This document shows positions 37,917 to 50,330 of a stretch of 64,000 bases of DNA, in pieces. Below the pieces are notes generated by a model that did not search any database, was not told where the DNA came from, and saw only the letters and a list, made by a program, of their open reading frames with translations. Source of the DNA: Hydrolagus colliei (lineage: Eukaryota); contig CM068751.1 in the NCBI GenBank assembly GCA_035084275.1, positions 6,758,001-6,822,000 of the forward strand, written 5' to 3'. Positions within the stretch are counted from its first letter, which is position 1, and each line of letters starts with the position of its first letter. The position numbers were made by a program, and so were the translations under genes.

Positions 37917-37998
37917 TGGTTAGAGCACTCGCCTTACAAGCGTGAGATCTGTGTTCGAATCCAGGCAGTCAGGGCAAAACCTTGATTACTCCACATGC
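37917..37998 (+). mobile_element. SINE tRNA-like head fragment
   Basis: tggttagagcactcgccttacaagcgtgagatctgtgttcgaatcc with a good B box. No tail follows. Confidence 0.8.
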
Positions 37999-38348
37999 AA
38001 TTAGATGCCTGAATTTAAGTTAACTTAAGTTTCCACAGATTTATCACAGCATTATCTTGTATATTTTCTCTCAGACTACTGTGCTTCTCTTTTCTCAGAA
38101 AATCCCAGCCTGGTGCCTGTTGACCTTTTACACATTTTTTGTGAATGTAAATCAACCAGTCTTATATCATTTGTTACTTTCACACAATGTTCTGTCTAAT
38201 AGAAACCTTAGACTTTAATAAAATGGCCTACAACTGATCCATTTATTGAAGCATACATATCAGCATTGTATTTTGCCATCTTACACCTCAGATCCAAAGT
38301 ATCTAATACAAGTGTATTAGATATGAAATACGTATTTCACTAAAGAGG

Positions 38349-38414
38349 CTGTCCAGCGCTTTGGGACGTCCTCCCGACGTGAAAGGCGCTATGCAAGTTT
38401 AATTTTGTTGTTGT
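38349..38414 (+). mobile_element. L2 tail-only insertion
   Basis: ctgtccagcgctttgggacgtcctcccgacgtgaaaggcgctat...ttgttgttg. Confidence 0.88.
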
Positions 38415-40527
38415 ATCTTATAGTTATATTGTCGTTATTACCATTTTGACTCATCAATATCCTAACATTTTCAAATAATGAATAACCTATTCCTTAGCAC
38501 AGATTTCTAGGTTAAAACCATTCTAACTACTCTGTCACTTAATCTCTAGTTTAAGAATCAAAATGGGGTTTAGCTCAATACTCAATGAGAATTGACAGAA
38601 CTTTTAATAAACCTCATTCATGTTCCACGTTGTTGCACGTTTGCCTACAGAAAAGCACTTCCAGGTGACTGAGCTCAATCAGCACTTACAGATACAGTTA
38701 AGTCAAAGCTTTTTGAAAAATGAATGGAACAATTTCTTAAACCAACAAAATTAATCCTTTAAAACCAGAGTATCCAGTGATCACATCCTGTGGATTATTG
38801 CTTGATGTGCTAAAATGAAAAGAAATCCAACAGGTAAGTACATGCAGCTGTATTGCAAAGTCCGATTAATAAACTAATTGGTTTTGCTATTTCCGTTCCC
38901 ATATTTATACTAATTAATACTAACCTGAGACTCTTAATAAAATGTATAAGTGAATATCCTATTCAAACCTTCTGGTTATTTTTATAAAATGTAGTGCTGA
39001 AACAAACTGAGAAAGATTCTGCAGGATCATTTCCAAGCAGTGCTGGCTGGCTCATTCAGAAGCAACATATACCGAGTGCTTGTTTATTGCATTTCCAGTC
39101 TTCCCTTGGAAGATTGTCAGAGGTAGGTAATAGCCAACTGGGCGTCATTGAGATTTGCTAGATACATGGCAAAAGACATATATATAAATAGCATGATAGA
39201 TTTTGAGTTCAAAGTTTCTTTTTAGAAGGGTAGAGATTCTGTGTTTTCATGATACCAGAAGAGGATGAGTAGTAAGCAGTAATGTACCTGATACTCCAAA
39301 CCTCCTTTATGTATGCACGCGGCAGCCTGGCGGTCAAATCATAATCCTCTGATGTGAGTATCATTCCTGTGTCAGCAAAATAAACACAGTGCTCTCTACG
39401 GCAGCTTTTTGGAAACCATAAACCAATATTATTTCCATTGAGGATGCCATAAAGTGTTTGTTTGGATGCGGTACCAGAATCTGGTTATATCAACAATAAG
39501 GCTATGCATCTGTTTCATTTTGAATGAACCCAAGTGTCTAACCAGCTTGGTACATCAAGAATTCAGGCCTCCAAAGATAATTTGATCCAGCCCTGTTAAG
39601 TCTATTTTTAATGTTTTAAGTACAAAGACTAGAATTTATGCCCATAGACAAAGATAATACTTGCAGACATCAGTACTTGTCCTAATATAATATTCTTTGT
39701 CATTTTTGTTTCTTATTTTCCCTTTACTTTTGTTCTCCAATTAGGAAACCTGTGTTGCATGCCAAGTTACATTTCTAATAGTTGCCGTGGAAAACAAATG
39801 CCTCTTGTCACATTATTAGCCTGAACAGAAACTATAATCCCAATCGTGCAAATCAGCTCTCCGTGCAAAGCGAATGCTTTACCCAGCTGTTTGTCATCTG
39901 CAGGCAAAGCATAGTTAAAAAGTGTAACGGGATTTACACATGGCGAAACCAGTCTGAAGTATTGCAGCAAAAGTTTAGAATTTGATTTGCCAATGATGAA
40001 TCCTACCATTATGTTAATATCACTCGCAGAATTTAAATTGGAGAGCAGAAGAAAAGAAACTCCAGTGCCAGTTTGGCCTTGACGACTCAGTAATGCGATA
40101 TTAACATGCTCCACATTGGTAGTTTGTTGAGCAGCTGTGTTGCAAGGAGTTTGTGGAGGATCTGTTGTGTATTTTTTTAATTGTCCACAATGCAGAAACA
40201 ACAGCTGCAAAGAAAGAAGAGAGAATCTACATAAAAAATCTGTTGCAGTAGCAAACATGAATTGATTATTACTAGTGGTCTCGCCTACCGATTTATTATT
40301 TCCTTTTAAGCATTAGATAAAAGCACTGTAACAACCAGGCTAACTTATGCAGCAAACAATGTGTATTGCGTATTCAGAATCACACTTCATTAGATTGCTT
40401 TCTCTTGGCATGCTCTGAGATGGATCTTAAACAGTCTTATGATACTTCAAACCTGGTTGGAATTATCCCACACTAACATTGTGCGATGCACCTAAACAAG
40501 TGTATAATCTATTACTGCTCGGGATAC

Positions 40528-40820
40528 TGCCAGTGGCTCAGTAGGTAATGCCACTGGCTGGAGTGGAACTGAGCTACAAAGACACTCCAAGTTTCACCCT
40601 TGGGCTGTGCTGAGATGCTCCAACTACAATTAGTAATTTTGATTGAAAGAGCAGAAAAAAATCACCGCTGTGTAAATTTGCACCTTTGGATGTCAGATGA
40701 AGACATTGTCAGGCATAGCTATGATTTCCCATGGCCGCATTCTGCTGAAAATCACTGTCTGGGTTCACATGAAGAATGGCTGTTTGGCTGAGCCAGACTG
40801 ATACCCATGGAGCTGAACAC
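40528..40820 (+). mobile_element. Old tRNA-headed SINE of a second family
   Basis: gtggctcagtaggtaa A-box head, then ctgtgctgag, ctacaatt and cactgtctgggttcacatgaagaatggc blocks. It shares its 3' part with 6550-6746. Confidence 0.6.
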
Positions 40821-41269
40821 GGAGCTGGTGCCTGAGGGACAGAAGAGCAGAATTTTTTTTTCACATTGTCCAGACACAGTAACTCTCACTGAGACGAGGC
40901 TATGCTGAATATTGTACAGTACAATGTGGTTTCCAAGAAAGTACAGCATAGATTTTCTTTTAATAAAAGTTTCTAAATCAAATCCTGATTTGCTTCAGTT
41001 GCAGGAGAGTTATCAGTGCAGTTGCCAATATACATTCTCCTGAGGTGAATTTTTTATTTCATCTTATTGTTGTAATATTGCAAGATATTTATTGTGTTAA
41101 AAACTGGCCCTTTGTGCAGGTTTAGAGTGTCATTTCTCACAGGGCCAACGTAGCATATAAATGGTTAGAATTCAGTGTCAAGAGTCAAAGGGATGGATCT
41201 TGAGAAGACGTTTATAAAACGCGGAATGTACCTACCAAAGACTGGGACAGGGTGATTCAAAGCTCATCA

Positions 41270-41570
41270 CCTGCTCCAAGCCCCCCGCCCGAACCGCCCA
41301 ACCATCGGAGGCCAGGCCTTCAGTTTCTCCGCTCCCACCCTATGGAATGCCATCCCTCAATCCCTCCGTCTCGTTTCTTCCCTTTCCTCTTTCAAGGCCG
41401 GTTTGAAGACTTTCCTCTTCGACCGTGCCTTTTGTTCCACCCCGAACTTTTCGACCTCCCCTTCGTGTTTCACCCCTTCCCAAACACTCCCCTCCCAGCT
41501 CGGGTCACACGCCTCCTGTGCAGCGCCTTGGGACGTCCTCCTGACGTGAAAGGCGCTCTATAAATGTAAT

Positions 41571-41600
<30 letters not shown>
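41270..41600 (+). mobile_element. 5'-truncated L2 LINE (young subfamily)
   Basis: Reverse complement of about 6760-7067, with roughly 20 substitutions in ~300 nt by hand count. Long (GTT)n tail. Confidence 0.95.
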
Positions 41601-41601
<1 letters not shown>

Positions 41602-41669
41602 GAAATGGATCGAAAGCAGAGTGGAACAACAAATGAGAATAAACACAGTGGAGGGTACAGACTGGTATC

Positions 41670-41840
41670 TGCATGACTCAGTTGGTAGCATTTCTTCCAT
41701 CTGAGTCAGAGTGTTCAAGCCGCATATCAGGATTTTAAACTCATCGTCTAGGCTGACATTCCAATGCATTGCTGCATTGTCAGAGGTGCCGTCCTTCAGA
41801 TGAGACTGAAAGATATCATGGCACTGTTTGAAAACAGAAA
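41670..41840 (+). mobile_element. DeuSINE-like element (SacSINE1/AmnSINE1 superfamily), eroded
   Basis: tgactcagttggtagca...ctgagtcaga...tctaggctgacattcca...gctgcattgtcagaggtgccgtccttcagatgagac...catggcactgtttgaa matches the head and Deu domain as I recall them. It may extend to the tail at 42055-42138. Confidence 0.75.
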
Positions 41841-42054
41841 AGTAAAATACAGACTTTTTTTCTGAATCATAATTTAGACTCCCGGGCTAAATTCCAAGGA
41901 TTTCTACAAATCATGAGTTGACGGTTTCCAGGTTTAAAAAGCAACATTCTGACACCAATAAAATTTAATGCTTACTTACTGCCAATATTCGTAGCATGCA
42001 ACCTAAAATAACAAGCATTACTGTCAGAAGGACACCTACAAGATACAGTTGCTA

Positions 42055-42138
42055 CTCTTTACAGTAAATCTTCTGAAGTGCTTCAAAATAGCTTCCCACT
42101 GTCAATGGTGCCATATTGAATGCAAGATTATTATTATT
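42055..42138 (+). mobile_element. Eroded SINE tail
   Basis: ctttacagta...tgaagtgctt...atgcaag(att)n. Confidence 0.55.
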
Positions 42139-42400
42139 GACAATTAATTACAAATAATAATACCCAAAGAATATCCCGTTAATATGTCGTTGTCAATGAT
42201 AGATTTGTACAAGTATTTATTTAGTATCTGTTCCAATGACCAACTGTGAATGTAAAATCCATGTGTGCTATGATGTGTGATCAGCCAGCAAACAGAAACT
42301 CAGCTAAGTTTATTCCTCCATATGCATTTTTTGGACATATTCCCCTAGAAATTTCACTAATTGTCCCTGAAAATACATGGTTAAAATACATGACAGCAGT

Positions 42401-42472
42401 TACCTGCGATGCACTTTGAGATAGTTAGACAACACAAGCCCTGTATCAAATGCAAGGACAATTATTATTATT
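42401..42472 (+). mobile_element. Eroded SINE tail
   Basis: gcactttgaga...tatcaaatgcaagga(att)n. Confidence 0.6.
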
Positions 42473-43658
42473 TAGTAGTATTAAAACAAGCAGCTTGTTC
42501 TGTTTTGATATGGAAATGTTTAAATGAAACGTATCTATGAAAGAAACCATTTGACATTAGTTTCCTGCAACATAACTGGGACACAGACAAATGTTACTTT
42601 GGTTGCCAAGTGGCAAAACAGCTTGGTACACCTTTTAGTGGCAGCTATTAAAAAGAAACCCTATACTTTCAGTAATCACTCCTCATGATCTCAGAGGTCG
42701 TTGGCACGTGGTAAATAGTTTCTGACAATTGATTAGTCAAACAGAAAGTTGCACCATAAGTAGTCCAGTGTGTTGTCTATCAATTGAATTGGGAAATTCA
42801 CTTTTACATGCATACAATAGATGTACCTGTTTGCTTTCAGGAGAACAGACACAGTCCAAATTACATTTGTGCAAGAGATTTGTCTGAGAAGTTTATATAA
42901 GAATGAATTGTTGGTAAGAAAGTATTAAACACTGACCCTTTGCAGGTTGAGATACATCAACTCAAAGTGCTGACCTGTCAGTAAATGATACCAAACTTCT
43001 CTGTGCAACTACAACAACTTTGTAATGTTTAAGTGCTTTTGATGACTGTTGCTGCTGAATTTTAGTTTCCATCTGGCCCAGGTCCTCGGGGCTTTGTGGG
43101 TTTTGCCTATTGATACAGGCCAGGTGGTCGAGTTGTGGGAGCTGTCTGTCATTGATTCAAAAATGGGACATGGCTGTTGCTGGGAGAATATAAGGATGTA
43201 GGGAAACAAAAGGCAGTGACAGCTGTGGCGGGTAGTGCTAGAGAATTCCACTCATTCTTGTGCGTTCTTCTGTTAAAGCTCAGCAACACCTGGATTTATG
43301 CTCAGTAATGTGCTACTCGAGGGAGGTGTGAAGTTAAAGAAACTTTCCACAAGCAAAGACTACAGATTTTTTTTTAGACCAATCCTCATATTGAATAAGA
43401 AAGCATTTCCAAATTGTTCGCGTGGTTAAGCTGGCATTGTTGTCTTCTTGGTCAATTTAGCAGCTTCTGATCCTGGATCAGACTGGTCCGAATGCTGCAT
43501 TGTGATGACGGGCAGGTGAACTCTTAAAGCTTGAAGTTTCGCAAAAGTTTTTTTGGGAAAAACATTTCTCTTAAATAATTTGAAATGTGAATTCCGCCAG
43601 ATTTTTTTTCATTTTCATTTAGAGCAATGAACCATGGCACAGAAGGCATTTTGGCCCA

Positions 43659-43857
43659 AATAATCCCTCAAAAAAAATAATAAACTGATAATTTCAATCA
43701 ATGACTGTTTGTGGAACACTGCTGTGCACAATTGGCTGCTGAGCTTCACCCACACATATACAATCAGCACACTCTACAGTATGTTCTGTGAAGCGCATTG
43801 AGATGACTAGAAGACATGATAAGCACTATATCAAATAAAAGGACCATTATTATTATT
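43659..43857 (+). mobile_element. Head-less SINE copy
   Basis: Body and tail of the dominant SINE. It is preceded by a short antisense CR1-tail-like stretch (43621-43657). Confidence 0.85.
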
Positions 43858-44001
43858 GTAACTGTGCTAGAGCAGAAAGGGGTTCCATTTGCAGCTTTTT
43901 AATTATATTTTCAAAGACTCACATTACCAATGGTGTAAAATCGTATTTTGTGCACCTGGTAGGAATATAATTATATTATGTGCCATGTGTAAAATTTGTG
44001 T

Positions 44002-44063
44002 AACAACAACAACAAAGTTACATTTATAGAGCGCCGTTCACGTCGGGAGGACGCCCCAAGGTG
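44002..44063 (-). mobile_element. L2 tail-only insertion with candidate TSD gtgtaa
   Basis: (aac)n aaagttacatttatagagcgccgttcacgtcgggaggacgccccaagg. gtgtaa occurs at 43998-44003 and 44061-44066. Confidence 0.85.
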
Positions 44064-45353
44064 TAAAGTAGGGGTACAGAAGACATTATGCGATAGACAG
44101 TCAACAAAAAGGATAAGAATCACATAATTTAATTTTCAATTCTTTGTGTTTTACACCATATGATGTAAATTTGTATTTTACATCATATGATGACCCCCTC
44201 ATCGATATCCAACATGAATCATTAGAAATATCAGTTTTTCAAATCATTTTTGCTATAATTTCTAAAGTAGGAGCAAATGTTTTGGGGGGAGAAAATTGAA
44301 TATACTATACACAGGAGTAGAGCTGGAATTATTGAACTGATGTGGAGATGTTTAACAAATAAGAGGTGCAGTTAATTTTATTTGAGTATTAAGTATTTAT
44401 TTTAGTTATGCAAATCTAAGGACTCAACATTTGCAGCATAATATATGTGCAACTGTAATGATGGAATGGTTACGCATCTCTTATTTTGAGAGATATCACA
44501 TATACTTACCAAAATACTGCTTGACTTACAGAACTATAAGCTTTGCACCTGAAACTAAACTAAATGAAACGGACAATGATGGCAGATCACAAATGGTGAA
44601 GATGGCCGAGCTGTCAGCAGCCCGATCAGGTATGCACATTCCGAAGGACACTTTTTCGAAAGAAGGGAACTGATGTTATGGCAGGTCACACAAGTGTTTC
44701 AATACCTCGGAGAAAGAAAAGAACATCCTTTGTACATTTCTAAAGCCGCTGGTCTCTCTGAGCACGATGGTGTTGGAGAAAGATGAGTCAATTGTTATCA
44801 TTTTAACCACATGTAATATGTTTGATTCACGATGATTCTATCTTTAATTTCTCCCCTAATGGTAATGAAACCGTATATCATTTTACTGCCAGAGGCACTG
44901 TAAGTCGTAGCACATATCTAGAACACTTATTGTGACGCTGTATGAAAAAACAATTGCATGACAGGCCTGAAATTCATATAGACAGATACATAAGTCATTG
45001 AGCTCACAGATATATAATAGTTCAAAGCTATAATAGTTTAGAATTATTATTTGAAGAGTCAAAGTAACATATGTCTCTCTCTGCAAAGCAGGCCTGAGAT
45101 TGCCTGATATACTTAGTTGTTTCCTTATCAACAATTGTTCTGTTATCGCAATTCATCACTAAAAGTGAGCAGAAGACACAATTAGTAGCCATCAATCTTT
45201 TGAATGGGATTTCTCCTGTCCCTCCAACAGTGAACATGCCAAGGCTGGTTTCGAATGAAAACAACTTTACTTGTTAATAGCAATCTGTCATCTGAGGAAG
45301 AGGAGGGGAATCTGGAGCCATGTGGTCCATGCTGGCTGTTCGGAAATCTCCTT

Positions 45354-45374
45354 TTATATATATATATATATATA
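45354..45374. repeat. (TA)n microsatellite
   Basis: Directly visible. Confidence 0.9.
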
Positions 45375-47442
45375 GGTGGAGTGCGGGTCTCTGATGTCTT
45401 TCTTTGTAAATGAAACATTTGATTTGAGTTGTGTGGTTGCGATTGTTGATGCATGTAGCATTTTATATTCTGCTTCATTTGTGATTATGTAGATTCACAG
45501 CTTCAGTCATATACACACACTTTTAAAGCCAATTTCTTCAACTGTGCCCTCGGCCACTTTTCCAATTCACATTAAACCAACTCAGCGAAACAATTTGTGC
45601 TGGAGGGTACATTTCTTGCAAGTTGTCACTGAATTATTAAGTGACTGATTATATTATGTTAGACATATGTTTTGGAGCTTTCATTCTCAAAATGAATAGC
45701 CGAAACCCATCTTTTGCTAATGTATCTTTCACTTTTACAAATGTCTTATATGTGTGTGTGCGCGCACATGCATGGGTGAGAAGGAGAGAGGTGATTGCTG
45801 TGCATTTTGACTTGCAGGAAATGCAGAACTGCACACATAATAGGTAAAAGTTGTTCTTGCATTTTGTAGCAAGATTATGTATCTATCCTCCCGACATGAG
45901 AGGCGCAATACAAATGTAGTTTTGCACTCTATTGTATAGCATTGGGAAACTCAATTTGAATGTGTCTATTACAGCACTGAGATACTGTTTGTTCACAAGG
46001 TTTAACTTGTCGAAATGACCAGATCTGGCTAGGTAGGGGAAAGGCGAAGAAATGAACTTGTATTGCCTGAGGCGAATGTAACAAATAGAATTTCTGACAC
46101 TTGTAAGGGCTGTCAAAATGAAGGATTGGAAACCGATTTAATGAACCGGAAAGACTATACAGGTTAAATATGTCACTTGTGAAAAAATCCTTGTGAATTG
46201 CCATGCAAGTGCTTGTTCTGTGTTCAAAAAGTCCTCTTTTGCATTGCATTGATCATTGTCAAATTAAATTGTACATCAATGTCATATTTCTGCTAACAAA
46301 AACACCACTGCTTTGCTGTATAACTGGTTTATCGAGATTTTAATTAGATTATTGTCAGTGTAACAATACTGGATGCCTCTGCATGAATTGTGTAACTGCA
46401 GTCATATATGTTACTAACTTGGGCTGCTTAGATTTCTATCAATTTAAACAAACAGTTTGTGACAATTGATTGTTAACAATCTGTAAACTAACCTTTCATC
46501 TTTGTCTTTAGTTGTTTGACATTTTGAAAAAAATCTATTCAGGATCCCAGACAGTTTAATTTCAAAACTATGCAAATTGGAGAAGAGATTATGACACTGG
46601 AAAATGTGATACTTCTTATAATTGTTGCAGGAACCTATTAAACATTAATAGGCCACATTGTTCAGGGAACAGATGAGATTATCATGAATCTAGTTTTTTT
46701 TCCCATCTTTTCACATAACAACATGGTTACTGTAATCTGTCGGTATACCTTTCATGCATGTTTTGGAAAATTGTTTATAAAACAGTAGGTTTGGGGTGTG
46801 TGAATCCACCATAAAGAGGTATGAAAGATCGATACTTTCAAATATAGCCAGTATTACTCACATTTTCTGTAATGTTTTCCTGCATCATTAAGTCCATTGC
46901 TTTAAAAGGGTTTATTTTTCTGAACTTACTTTCTCTTTTAAAATACATTAAGTTCCATAAAACCATATTCTGCTGCTCTATGTACACAAACCCATTTAAC
47001 GCTAATTTAGTTGACAGTTAAGTATTTTCAAATACCACCATGTTCACAAGTTATTTTATTCAATCTATGCAGTGTGTTATCAATTTTAATTATATAGAAA
47101 ATATAGCATTACTGCAGAGCAAAACTCTGTTTGGTTCTGTTAACTGAAAGATAGCATCTTGTTAGATTGGATTTTGAAAGGCTGAATATTAATGTCAATC
47201 TCGGCAATAATAAATAGTGGTTAGATTGTGCTGATGCAGGTTGGACGTGTGCCAGGAAACATATTGGCAATCTCTCAGCTAAATTCAGATTCCCTGCACC
47301 CAGATCACTCTTCCAAGCATTGAATTCTCAACACTTTTGACCGAAGACATCCCATCACACACTGTACACAACAACCAACCTCTTTCACTTACTATTTGCC
47401 AAACCTACCCAGCGAGGTAAGTTGAACCTATAATTAGATAAG

Positions 47443-47550
47443 AGTTGTGACTGCAACTCAAGTTAAATTAATACTTCACATTGGCGAGGCCACCTCAAAG
47501 TTGCCTCAACGATGAGAAGCATTAATTTAACTTGAGTTGCATTCACAGCT
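47443..47550. repeat. Long near-perfect inverted repeat (~50-bp arms, 6-nt loop)
   Basis: tgcaactcaagttaaattaat (47452-47472) is the exact reverse complement of 47521-47541. Pairing extends outward and inward with few mismatches. Confidence 0.95.
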
Positions 47551-48734
47551 TCAGAATACTGAGTGAGTTTCAATCTAATAATATAAAATAAAACCTCACA
47601 ATAGAAATGCGTGAACAGTCATTCTACTAATTCCCTCTTGGGTCACTGTCGCCTAACACAAGTTAACTTCCTACCTCAAATTGTAGCCCTCCTTGTGTTG
47701 AAACAATCTTAAGCAAACATTCTTTTATTTCTTGTTCTGTTTAATTAATATGGAATTTATTTCTAAACCTGTATCAAATTTTAAACAATACAATTGTAGC
47801 CCCAATTTTAGCTGTAGGATGTTTTTACAGTGTATATTTCAAATTGTTTTGGTCATGTTGCCTCATATACTTTCTTTGTGAATGTGCCAATAAGGTTTTA
47901 TGTTAGTCTAACCTTGTGGATAAATGGGTCACACTGTGTAAATCGCTGAATAGATTTAAAACAAAATAATTGAGACCATCAGTCAACTTTCAATTTTTTT
48001 TGAATAGGCCAAGAATTCAAGACTACTAGTAAATAACTAGTATATTTTCTTAGAGAAATGTCTTCGACATTTACCTTGGGTACTTAGAAATAGGCATTTG
48101 CAGAAAATCTTAATCTTTCATAAGAATGTTGCAGGTCAACACCCATTTTTCTTGGAAAACACAATGATCCGATGATCAGGCTGCCCTCTAATAAGGTTGG
48201 TTTGCTTTCCTCATAGTATAATATAAATTCAGGATAATGTTTTGTCTCTCCTATGTTTCCCATTGTACATCGGAGTCTGGATTTCATGTTTTCAATCACT
48301 CTTATGTGCGCCCTGGAACAAATATGTCTAAGTGCGTTGCGAAAGTATTGTATTTAAAGGGTGATTCATTGCCACAGATGCAAATTTACCACTTTTATAT
48401 CAACAGCAAATGCATCTTAACTATCGTATGCAGTACAGTGCAAAAGTATCAAAAAATCTTCAAAAAATGTTTTATATTAAACCCTGTATTGCTTCAGTAC
48501 TTTTTTCAGAGTAATAGAAAGGATAATGATTTCTTGAATAAACTTTTGAAGTTCAAGTTTGAACTGCTTGAGTTCTCATTTAATTTCTTGTAATGCAGTG
48601 AAAGCCCGAGAGTGGGTTGTGGTTGAGTTAAAGTTTTTGTCTCGAGAAGCAACCCGACCAACATTCCCACCAGTCCAGACAAGCTTCAAATCAGCTGATA
48701 GGTGCCAAATGTTGGCAATAAACATGGGTGTAAG

Positions 48735-48845
48735 GGCTGTGGGATCTTCGGTCTTGAAAAGAGACATCGCAGAAGAAACCTTATAGAAGTGTATAGGATC
48801 TTAAATGGAATTTATCAAGTAAATTCACTACAGAAATTTAAATTA
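48735..48845 (+). mobile_element. CR1 ORF2 C-terminal fragment
   Basis: GIFGLEKRHRRRNLIEVYRILNGIYQVN matches LGLFSLEKRRLRGDLIEVYKI..G.D.V. Confidence 0.8.
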
Positions 48846-50330
48846 CCTTTAATTTGAATTTGGAGGTGGACCTGGATTTCCAATTTCTACATTTAGAAAA
48901 GTGGTGACCAACCTTTATGGTCAACTAACAAAATAATAGTTTTAACTGAATATTTCTTGATTCATGCCATAAATCAAGAAATATTAAATCAAGAAAAAAC
49001 TGAAAACACAATGCGAATCAAATATGGACCTATCTAGACTTGTACGAATGTTCAGTAGGTGGTGGGGAAGGCATTTCTTGAAGACCAAGCGGGCTACAAG
49101 TGGCCACCACTGGTTCAGAATAACAGCTGTTAATCACTTTCCCTACTTAGTCTAATGCTGCATTTATTCTGTCCTGCTATTCTCCTTGAGACATATCAGT
49201 TCTGTTGTTATGCTCCCGAGCTCACCTGGAGAAGGTAGTTTTATGAAAAAAAATTCAGCATTTCAAGACTAAAATAATTCAGTGAAATAAGTGAGTTTTG
49301 TTTTGCTTGGCACTTTGGTGAATTCTTGGCTCGGCAGCCAGCCAACCAAACACCTTTGAATGATCAAGGCATTTTACTCTGATAAACCAAGCTTCAAGTC
49401 AACAGGAACTTGGAAGATACCAGAAGTCGACATCAAAGGAATATCATTGAGGGGGAGAAAAAAAAATCCCAAGATCTTTGTCACAATTAGATACAATGAA
49501 GGCATGCACCTGTGTCATGGAACCACAGGTATTTGTACAAGCCTTTTTCAAAAAATTTAAGCACCACAGATTCACAGAATTAGTTTGTAAGAGTTGACAG
49601 GATTGACGTTTCACCTCTGAGCCATTGACCTACAGGTGGAGAGCAGTATTGTTAACTGGCATGTAAACAGAATGTACGGCCTCGGTCTAAAGATGTTTAA
49701 GGTATTGATTTCATCTTTGGACAAAGAACAATAAACAGATGGTGAAACACAGAGAAGTTCATTTCCAATTACTTTATTTATGTAAACATTGTTTTTTTGA
49801 TCTATATAATGCTAGAAAAATATATCAGAACAAAGGAGACCAAAATCTAAATTATAAGCAACCTTTACATCTGCCTTTTTTATACGTATATTGGTTTGAT
49901 ACCTTTGTTAATATTTTTAATTAATGGGAACAACAGTGGGTGTTTTCCAAATCATAAAATGTTCATTTTGCCAAGATTTTCAGCACATCAAAACACAACA
50001 TCAAGAAGCTTTTTTTTAAAAAAAGAAGCTGTTTCAATCAAAGGTTGCTATGTTGACTTGCGATCTAGATAATTGTCTCACACTTTTCAAAAGCCTTCAA
50101 ACCTTAAAGGTTGATAAGTTACCCACCTGATCCTCCTTTTGTAGTTCTACAAAGCATTGTAGATTTCACATCCAGCAACCTGCACAAGAGACTTGTTGCA
50201 CAGGGTATTCTGGTATGTGACCTGTGCTTTTTGCACACAAAATTCTACACTGAAGTACCTATTTCACAGTGACTGCAGTATGTTTGTTCAGAAGATTGTC
50301 CTGTTGCTGCATGGGTTAATTTATAATGCT

